Source: Chloroflexota bacterium (GTDB lineage Bacteria > Chloroflexota > Dehalococcoidia > DSTF01 > RBG-16-68-14). From it: a stretch of 64,000 bases of DNA. The stretch covers positions 2,801 to 66,800 of the forward strand of contig JADFKB010000003.1 in assembly GCA_022565155.1 (NCBI GenBank). The letters run 5' to 3'. The position numbers were made by a program, and so were the translations under genes. The notes under the pieces are model-generated. The model searched no databases. It was not told the origin of the DNA and saw only the letters and a program-made list of their open reading frames with translations. Below are positions 45,663-52,267 of the stretch, piece after piece. The number at the start of each line of letters is the position of its first letter. Positions within the stretch are counted from its first letter, which is position 1.

Positions 45663-46607
45663 ATGGCGCCTAAGGTTCGCATCGGCATCCAAACGGGCCA
45701 GGATGGCCAGGAGTGGCAGCACCTGCTCGACTTCTGGCGCTTCCTCGATCGCGAGACCGTGTTCGATAGCGTTTGGACGATCGATCACTTCGTACCGCCG
45801 GGCCCCGGCCAGGACACCAGCGGGCCCTGTCTGGAAGGCTGGACCGCCCTCGCGGCTGCCGCCCAAGCCACCGAGCGGCTGCGCGTCGGCTGCCTCGTCA
45901 CCGGCGTCACCTATCGCCACCCGGCGGTGCTGGCGAAGATGGCGGTGACCGTCGATCACATCTCGAACGGCCGGCTGGAATTCGGCCTCGGCGCGGCCTG
46001 GCACGAGGGAGAGCATCGCGTCTACGGCATCCCCTTTCCGCCGATGAAGGAGCGCCAGGACCGGTTGGAGGAGGCGACGCAGCTCATCCGGCTGCTCTTC
46101 GACGCGACGGAGCCAGTCGATTTTCAGGGCACGTACTACCAGCTAGAGCAGGCGCCGTTCTCGCCGCCGTGCGTCCAGCGGCCGCACCCGCCGATCTTCA
46201 TCGGCGGCGGTGGCGAGAAGCGTACGCTGCGCACCGCCGCCCGCTACGCTGACGGCATTAACGTCATGGGCGATCTCGATACCGTGAAGCACAAGATCGA
46301 GGTGTTGGAGCGCCACTGCGCCGACGCTGGCCGCGACTCGAGCGAGATCACGAAGTCGGTCTTTGGGCCGGTGATGCTGATTGACGATGAGGAGAAGGCG
46401 AAGCAGCTACGCGCTCGCACGGCCCCCGGCCTGTCTCCTGAACGCGCGGCCGAGGCGGTGCCGATCGGCAACGCCGCGCAGGTGCGCGCCGCCATCGAGC
46501 GCTTCGCCGAGGCGGGCGTCAGCTATTTTACGATGATGAGCCGGCCGCCCTATAAGCACGACCTCTATCGCCGCATCTCGGACGAGATCGTCGCTGCCTT
46601 CGTCTGA
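45663..46607 (+). CDS. LLM-class (luciferase-like) flavin/F420-dependent oxidoreductase
   Basis: ..FDSVWTIDHF.., ..HISNGRLEFGLGAAW.., ..PPIFIGGGGEKRTLR.. Confidence 0.85.
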   Translation: MAPKVRIGIQTGQDGQEWQHLLDFWRFLDRETVFDSVWTIDHFVPPGPGQDTSGPCLEGWTALAAAAQATERLRVGCLVTGVTYRHPAVLAKMAVTVDHISNGRLEFGLGAAWHEGEHRVYGIPFPPMKERQDRLEEATQLIRLLFDATEPVDFQGTYYQLEQAPFSPPCVQRPHPPIFIGGGGEKRTLRTAARYADGINVMGDLDTVKHKIEVLERHCADAGRDSSEITKSVFGPVMLIDDEEKAKQLRARTAPGLSPERAAEAVPIGNAAQVRAAIERFAEAGVSYFTMMSRPPYKHDLYRRISDEIVAAFV

Positions 46608-46793
46608 CGATGAGCGCCATCGCCGGCCTGTTCCGCGACCTGATGAACCTGCACATCGGCCAGCGCGGCCGCCATCGCTGGCAGAAGTGGCGCGAGCGCA
46701 CCTGGTGTAGCTACTGCGGCAAAGAGATTCGATAGCCGTGGGGCTGCTCTTGATTCATATAGCGAACGATGACGGGAAGGGAGAGTATTCCCA

Positions 46794-48159
46794 ATGACGA
46801 TAGATGACGCGGTGATATTAGCGCTGGGTACCGGCTTCACTGGCGCGATTCTTTGGCCGGGTGATGATGCGTATGAAGACGCTCGTAAAGTGCATAACGG
46901 GATGATCGACCGGCGACCGGCGCTCATCGCACGCTGCCTCGGCACCGCTGATGTCGTCGCCGCAGTCAATTTCGCTCGCGAGAACGAGCTCGATGTCGCC
47001 GTCCGTGGCGGCGGCCACAACGTCGCCGGCAACGCGGTCTGCGATGACGGCCTGATGATTGATCTATCGTTGATGAAAGGCATCCATATCGACCCGGACG
47101 CGCGCACGGCGCAGGCGCAGCCGGGCCTGACCTGGGCAGAGTTCAATCGCGAGACGCAGGTACACGGGCTGGCGACGACCGGAGGCTGCTCCACTACAGG
47201 CATCGCCGGGTTGACGCTAGGAGGCGGCCTGGGCTGGTTGATGGGCAAGTACGGCATGACCGGTCGATAACCTTCGCTCGGTCGAGGTGGTGACGGCCAC
47301 AGGCGAAGTGCTGACGGCGAGCGAGCGCGAGCACGCCGATCTGTTCTGGGGCCTGCGCGGTGGCGGCGGCAACTTTGGCATCGCTACGTCGTTCGAATTC
47401 CAACTGCACCCGGTCGGCGAGGTGGTCAGCGGCATCATCGCCCACCCATTCGATAGTGCGCGCGACGTTCTGCGCTTCTATCGAGAGTTCACGGCATCGC
47501 TGCCGGACGAGCTGACGGTCTTCTGCGGGCTGCTGCATGCGCCGGATGGCTCCGGCACGCCTATCGCGGCAATTACCCTCTGTCACTGTGGCTCTCCCGC
47601 TGATGCGGAGGCGGCCGTGCGGCCCGTCAAAGAGTTCGGTTCGCCTATCGTCGATGAGATCGCCCCGAGGAGCTACGAGGTGACGAACACGTTGCTCGAC
47701 GATGGCTTTCCAAAGGGAGCGCTCAACTACTGGAAGTCGAGCTTTTTGAACGAGTTGAGCGATGAGGCGATCGATACGTTGATCGCGCGGTTCAGCACCT
47801 GCCCCTCGCCGATGAGCGCTCTGTTGTTAGAGCACTTCCACGGTAGTGCTACACGCGTGGGGCAGACGGACACTGCCTTCCCGCACCGGCAGATCGGCTA
47901 CAACCTCCTCATCGTATCGGAATGGCAGGACGCAGCAGACTCCGATGCGAACATCACGTGGGCGCGGGAGACGTACGACGCGATGCGACCGCAGATGGCC
48001 GGCGGCAGGTATGTGAACTACCTCGGCGAGGAGGAGGGCGAGGATTCGGTCGCAGCGGCCTATGGGCCGAACTACCAGCGGCTGCGTGCGCTCAAGGACA
48101 CCTACGATCCGCAGAACCTGTTCCACATGAACCAGAACATTCCTCCCAGCGCGCGGTGA
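46794..48159 (+). pseudogene. FAD-linked (FAD_binding_4 plus BBE-like) oxidase disrupted by a +1 frameshift near 47260..47264
   Basis: ORF 46794..47270 ends ..GGGLGWLMGKYGMTGR*. Shifting one frame at acc-g-gtc gives ..[42 protein letters not shown].., continuous with ORF 47287..48159 and with the family consensus G(L/M)TxDNL..VVTA.G. Confidence 0.75.
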
Positions 48160-48238
48160 CCTCGGGCGTTTGGCGCAGGCGCTGATAGCTCTTGAGAGCG
48201 GCGTTGTTAGCGCTACCCCTTTCGGGCCGCTTTGCTGC

Positions 48239-48544
48239 TCATGTCCGCGGCTTTTCTCTGGGCGATCCAGCGACCTGGTGCGCACGGCGGGGACCGTCAT
48301 CATTGGCGGTCGGCGTGAACTCGGTCTCGCACGCTGCCTCCGCACGGCGGCGCACGAAGACGGCGGCCGCTCCGGCGAACAGAAGCACGGCGAGGAACCC
48401 AGCGGCGATCGCTAGGCCGGGCTCCGAAAGCGCGGAGCCGATCACGGACAACGCGCCCGTGCCGATGCCAGCCCCGACAAGGAGCACAAGGAGGCAGGGG
48501 AGACAGATCGCCAGACCCACTATAGCTGTCACGCTGGACCGCAC
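48239..48544 (-). CDS. small two-TM membrane protein with an intramembrane CxxC (CLPC); possible thiophilic-metal (Hg) uptake protein
   Basis: (GTG)MRSSVTAIVGLAICLPCLLVLLVGAG.., SD GAGGTGA. It lies in the mer-like island. The functional call rests only on analogy to the Cys pairs in MerT/MerC/MerF TM1. Confidence 0.55.
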   Translation of the reverse strand: MRSSVTAIVGLAICLPCLLVLLVGAGIGTGALSVIGSALSEPGLAIAAGFLAVLLFAGAAAVFVRRRAEAACETEFTPTANDDGPRRAHQVAGSPREKPRT

Positions 48545-48634
48545 GGCGTCACCTCATTTCATGCACATGGCGCTACGTCGTTGTACTAGAGCCGAGCTTT
48601 TCCTCTGCATCCTTGCGGTACAGGACGCCGATGA
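48455..48634. repeat. 180-bp direct repeat, copy A (paralog of 49945..50124)
   Basis: Covers the last roughly 20 codons of a CBS-domain gene (..LIGVLYRKDAEEKLGSSTTT*), the intergenic SD region and the first 30 codons of the CLPC membrane gene. About 90% identical to copy B by eye. Confidence 0.8.
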
Positions 48635-48698
48635 GTGGTGCCAGCAAATGCTCGAACTCCCAATAGCGATTCACGTTTCCTACCAAACGAAACTTTCC

Positions 48699-49799
48699 TC
48701 ACACCCTTCGACCGTCACGCAAAACCACCGATGCGGCACCGCTTACCAAGATCACAGACCCGGCGCCGACGAGAAGCCATAGTGTCCACAACGGGATCGC
48801 GCCACCGCCGGACGAACCGCCTGTGCCGGCCGATGGAAGGTCCGGCGCAGGCTCTGGCACGCCTCGGGGAAAACCAAGGAAGCCTGCCGGGAACTCACAC
48901 ACCAGAGCTATCGGGTGTGGGATCCCCAGTGGGTTTGGCAACGGCTCTTCAAGCGTTACCGTCTCGTCTACGACGAGAATGTGCACCTGGAAGGCCGGAA
49001 TTGGCGCTCCTTCCGCGGTTGGCGCGAGAGATACGTGCGAGCTGACCGCACCGTCCGAGTCGGTGGTCACTGGATACGATGTGGAATCGAGAGTCACGGT
49101 GCCGTCGAGACCGGCCGCCATGACGTACAGCACGTAGTCGTGGTCAGGGAGCAGGTCCGTAGCGGTCACGTCCGCCTCAAAGCTGCTACCCCTGCCATCC
49201 CAAGTGAACGAGCCGCCTCCACCGTCGAACTCGGGCGCAAAGCCGAGGTTGACCAGAGCGATTTCATCGTCGTTCTCGACCGGCAGCGCGGAGCCAGGCT
49301 CTGCCACACGGAAACCGAGTGGGAACTCACAGGCTAGCGGCACCCCGAACTCGACACCGAGCGGGTTGGGCAGCGGCTCCTCGACCGGCTGGGACGTATC
49401 GACGATGAGGAAGTGCACCTGGTAGGCTGGAATACCTTCGCCCGCCGGCAACTCCAGGGTCACTTCAGTCGAACCAGCGCCGTTTGCGTCCGTCGTGATC
49501 GCGAAGCTAGTACTATCGCTCGTTGTCGTGCCGTCTACGCCGATACCCATGACCGTGACACCGTACTCGTGGTTCGGGAGCAGGTCGTCCACCTCAACAG
49601 TCGCTTCAAAGGGGTCGTTCAGCCCTTCGTAAGTGATCGAGCCACTGCCACCTTCAAAGCCCGGCGCCCAGCCAAAGTTCTGAAGCGGTACTGAACGTGC
49701 TCCTGGCCCATCCTGGGCTAATCCGGCGCCGCTCGCGAGGCCGAAGCCTATGACGGCGAGAACCATCACTATCGTGATTCGTAGACTTGTCTTGAGCAT
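48699..49799 (-). CDS. secreted protein with two tandem roughly 150-aa repeats and a C-terminal sorting-signal-like anchor
   Basis: Signal peptide MLKTSLRITIVMVLAVIGFGLASGAGLA. Repeats NFGWAPGFEGGSGSITYEG..ACEFPLGF and NLGFAPEFDGGGGSFTWDG..VCEFPAGF. C-terminus is LPSAGTGG, then a hydrophobic helix, then RDGRRV. ATG 49799 is preceded by GGAGG. The track start 49865 is probably an over-extension. Confidence 0.7.
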   Translation of the reverse strand: MLKTSLRITIVMVLAVIGFGLASGAGLAQDGPGARSVPLQNFGWAPGFEGGSGSITYEGLNDPFEATVEVDDLLPNHEYGVTVMGIGVDGTTTSDSTSFAITTDANGAGSTEVTLELPAGEGIPAYQVHFLIVDTSQPVEEPLPNPLGVEFGVPLACEFPLGFRVAEPGSALPVENDDEIALVNLGFAPEFDGGGGSFTWDGRGSSFEADVTATDLLPDHDYVLYVMAAGLDGTVTLDSTSYPVTTDSDGAVSSHVSLAPTAEGAPIPAFQVHILVVDETVTLEEPLPNPLGIPHPIALVCEFPAGFLGFPRGVPEPAPDLPSAGTGGSSGGGAIPLWTLWLLVGAGSVILVSGAASVVLRDGRRV

Positions 49800-49854
49800 G
49801 GTGCTGCCTCCTTCTCTCCGGTGAATGTCCCTCCTGCAGGGGTCTCTCCTTCGG

Positions 49855-50034
49855 CTACTCAACACAGCAGCTTATCACACTGATGTCCCTGACGACCGAC
49901 TGTGCGGCGAGCTTGATCGCTTCGCTCATCCTTGGGAAAACGTGGCCCGTGCCGATGCCGGCCCCAACAAGGAGCACGAGGAGGCAGGGGAGACAGATCG
50001 CCAGACCCACTATAGCTGTAACGCTGGACCGCAC
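49855..50034 (-). pseudogene. chimeric remnant: the first 30 codons of a CLPC membrane gene fused in frame to the last 29 codons of a merA paralog
   Basis: Own translation: MRSSVTAIVGLAICLPCLLVLLVGAGIGTG|HVFPRMSEAIKLAAQSVVRDISVISCCVE*. Compare the MerA C-terminus ..[29 protein letters not shown] at 52268. Confidence 0.6.
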
Positions 50035-50124
50035 GGCGTCACCTCATTTCTTGCACGTGGAGCTACGTTGTTGTACTAGAGCCGAGCTTTTCCTCAGCAT
50101 CCTGGCGGTACAGGATGCCGAGGA
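49945..50124. repeat. 180-bp direct repeat, copy B (paralog of 48455..48634)
   Basis: See copy A. The offset between the copies is 1490 bp. Confidence 0.8.
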
Positions 50125-50551
50125 GCCGGCCGGTGGATGTGGTGACAAGGATACTGCCCACTCGCATCGCTCGCATATGCTCCATATACTCTTTCAGAGG
50201 AATGTCTGGGCGAATCGTCGTTGGGCCCGCCTCCATCACTGATTCGACTGACATGTCGGCGTCACCTTCCAGTGCCTCGCCCCGAATGCGCCCGAGCACC
50301 ACGCCATTCTCGGTGGTAACAACGCACACGTTCTGCCCCGCTGCCCTCGCGCGTTCCTGCGCGTCGCCCAGCCGCTCTGTTAGGCGGCAGGTAGGCGTGT
50401 CCTGGCGCACCACGTCACCCGCCCGCAGGACGGATGCAAGTCTACCTTCCGTCGGCAGCCCGTTCGCCGTCCAGTCGGCAAGGCCTGCGACGTAGTCGTA
50501 GATCGGTGTGAAGCCTAGACTCTCGAGCCGGCACGCGGCTCGCGGACTCAT
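50063..50551 (-). CDS. C-terminal third of a rhodanese domain followed by a CBS pair; in frame with the ORF at 50570..50761
   Basis: MSPRAACRLESLGF..YVAGLADWTANGLP (rhodanese C-terminal part), then two CBS motifs (..VCVVTTENGVVLGRI.., ..ILVTTSTGRLLGILY..). Confidence 0.7.
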   Translation of the reverse strand: MSPRAACRLESLGFTPIYDYVAGLADWTANGLPTEGRLASVLRAGDVVRQDTPTCRLTERLGDAQERARAAGQNVCVVTTENGVVLGRIRGEALEGDADMSVESVMEAGPTTIRPDIPLKEYMEHMRAMRVGSILVTTSTGRLLGILYRQDAEEKLGSSTTT

Positions 50552-50569
50552 GTCTCATTGATTATCCGC

Positions 50570-50761
50570 TCAGTAGACGACAACGGCGCGGTTTCGGTCC
50601 AGGGTGCTGGCCGTCGCAGCCGCATCCAAGCTCTTCGGTGGGAGGAAGATCGCTCCGGCAATGTGTTGTCCCTGGAATTCCGCGTCGGGCCGAACATCGA
50701 CGAGCTGCGCTCCTTCAGCCACCAACTCCTGCACCCGTTCCCGGGAAATGTCGGTTGGCAT
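50570..50761 (-). CDS. N-terminal two-thirds of a rhodanese domain, ending at a TGA in the catalytic-Cys position
   Basis: MPTDISRERVQELVAEGAQLVDVRPDAEFQGQHIAGAIFLP..LDRNRAVVVY-TGA. SD GGAGGAG is upstream. Confidence 0.7.
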   Translation of the reverse strand: MPTDISRERVQELVAEGAQLVDVRPDAEFQGQHIAGAIFLPPKSLDAAATASTLDRNRAVVVY

Positions 50762-50817
50762 TTCTCCTCCTCTAGTTGAGATGACTCTAATTAGTCGCCA
50801 GGAGATTCTGATCAGAA

Positions 50818-51066
50818 CTAGCTGAACGAGATAGCGTCGGCTGCCGTGACCGTGGTGCCGGAGCGCATCTTCTCAGGCAGCGCTTCCTGCACGGCCTCGG
50901 CGTTCGCGGCCTCGACGACGAAATAGCCGCCGTGATCCCCGCTCGGGCAGGTGCAATAGATGGACACCTCCCGCAGTAGCGGCCCGGCGTTCTTGAGATC
51001 GTCAAAAACCGCCTGGCATTCCTCCGCTTGATGTTTGTGGACGGCGACGTAGCTCGGCATGGTCAT
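50818..51066 (-). CDS. small Cys/His-containing protein of unknown function
   Basis: 82 aa: ..YVAVHKHQAEECQAVFDDL..IYCTCPSGDHGGYFVVEA..LPEKMRSGTTV.. It recalls a small uncharacterised actinobacterial family with the pattern H.H....C ... C..G.H. It lies between arsR and the rhodanese gene. Confidence 0.6.
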   Translation of the reverse strand: MTMPSYVAVHKHQAEECQAVFDDLKNAGPLLREVSIYCTCPSGDHGGYFVVEAANAEAVQEALPEKMRSGTTVTAADAISFS

Positions 51067-51074
51067 ATTCCTCC

Positions 51075-51434
51075 TTAGATTGCAGCTGTCTCTTCGTTCA
51101 GGCGAAGACAGGAGGCAACGGCCTCCGCGTTGTCAGCCATGACCGTGCGGGCGAGATCGATAAGCTCGAACACACGATGATCGGTAATGCGGTAGTAGAT
51201 GAACTTGCCTTCCCGCCGGGTGCCAATGTAACCGCACCAGCGCAGACAGCCCAGATGGCTGCTTACTCGAGCCTGTGGTACGCCCAGGCGCTGCACCAGT
51301 TCGGAGACGTTCTTTTCCCCCTCTAGCAGCAATTCGATGATGCGAACGCGGGTGGGATCTGCCAACACTTGAAAGAATCGAGTGACAAGATCTACCTCAA
51401 GTTCGTAAGGGGTTGCAGTTGTCATAGCAATCAT
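51075..51434 (-). CDS. ArsR/SmtB family transcriptional regulator, copy 1
   Basis: ..FFQVLADPTRVRIIELLLEGEKNVSELVQRLGVPQARVSSHLGCLRWCGY.. About 95% nucleotide identity to copy 2 (53697..54050) by eye. Confidence 0.85.
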   Translation of the reverse strand: MIAMTTATPYELEVDLVTRFFQVLADPTRVRIIELLLEGEKNVSELVQRLGVPQARVSSHLGCLRWCGYIGTRREGKFIYYRITDHRVFELIDLARTVMADNAEAVASCLRLNEETAAI

Positions 51435-51445
51435 ATCTGATCGTA

Positions 51446-51474
51446 AAGATATATTGAATTTGGCACCTTGTCAA
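51446..51474 (-). promoter_or_regulatory. promoter of arsR copy 1 with an overlapping inverted repeat
   Basis: Minus strand reads TTGACA (51474..51469), 17 nt, then TATCTT (51451..51446). ATATCT-N8-AGATAT (51433..51452) spans the -10 and the start codon, leaving a very short or no leader. Confidence 0.5.
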
Positions 51475-51631
51475 GAGCGTCGTTGGTACTGAAGCGCTTT
51501 CGCGGCGGCTATCCGGTACGCGGATGAGACAAGCACCTGCGTCATGCCGTGATATAATGCCCGCGTCCCATGGAATCGGACTGGATCGCTTCGCTGCTCG
51601 CGCCTGCTGGCTCAGTGAAGAGGAGTCGCTG

Positions 51632-51902
51632 ATGACAGACCGCAAGTACGTCTATCTCTTCCCAGAAGGCGATAAGGACCAGAAGGATCTGCTGGGCGGC
51701 AAAGGCGCCAACCTGGCGGAGATGACTAACCTGGGCCTTCCCGTTCCCCCCGGCTTCACCATCACCACCCAGGCCTGCAACGACTACATCCAAGGCGGCA
51801 CGACGATGCCGGAAGGGCTGCTGGATCAGGTGCAATCGGCGCTGCGGCAGGTGGAGGAGCAGACGGGCAAGAGCCTGGGCGATCCAGAACGGCCGCTGCT
51901 CG
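51632..51902 (+). pseudogene. 5' fragment (90 codons) of a duplicated ppdK, truncated at a recombination junction
   Basis: MTDRKYVYLFPEGDKDQKDLLGGKGANLAEM..GDPERPLL is about 98% identical in nucleotides to 54248..54518. Homology stops at ..gctgctcg (51902), where rhodanese-derived sequence begins. Confidence 0.85.
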
Positions 51903-51929
51903 CGGACTCATGTCTCATTGATTATCCGC

Positions 51930-52121
51930 TCAGTAGACGACGACTGCTCTGCTTCGGTCGAGGGCGTTGTCTGTAGTAGCCGTGTCCAAGGCCTTCAGTG
52001 GGAGGCTGATCGCTCCGACGATTCGCTGTCCCTGGTACTCCGCGTCGGGCCGAACATCGACGAGTTGCGCTCCTTCTTGCACGAGGCGTTGGACGTCTTC
52101 CCTAACAATATCCGTAGGCAT
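51930..52121 (-). pseudogene. second, diverged copy of the rhodanese N-terminal part, truncated after the TGA-containing junction
   Basis: MPTDIVREDVQRLVQEGAQLVDVRPDAEYQGQRIVGAISLP..LDRSRAVVVY-TGA. Downstream only ..ADNQ-TGA-DMSPR remains before the ppdK fragment. Confidence 0.7.
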
Positions 52122-52267
52122 CACGCATTCCTTTCGTTCTGGCGGAACGTAGATTCTAGAGGCCATCGACGTGAGATATTGATGCACTGCCCGAACATTA
52201 GTAAACTCCTTCCCTGGCTAGTGAACTCTGCCCAGCAGGTCTCCCGTTCTCTGCACGAGTCGGCCCT

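Noticed and set aside
46610-46735. 41-aa ORF (MSAIAGLFRDLMNLHIGQRGRHRWQKWRERTWCSYCGKEIR) just after the LLM oxidoreductase stop
   Set aside because: It has no Shine-Dalgarno sequence. The basic composition is what a GC-rich spacer would give, and there is no family resemblance.
50552-50572. The string tgagcggataatcaatga between the rhodanese halves resembles the E. coli lac operator core (gtgagcggataacaatt)
   Set aside because: The match is partial and there is no LacI-family gene nearby. I treat it as coincidence, and the in-frame TGA interpretation is reported separately.
52121-52198. 25-aa ORF (MFGQCINISRRWPLESTFRQNERNA) with a strong SD (GGAAGGAG) whose TGA overlaps the ATG of the rhodanese fragment
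   Set aside because: It is very short with no recognisable motif, and it is absent upstream of the other rhodanese copy (50762..50817). It cannot be supported from sequence alone.
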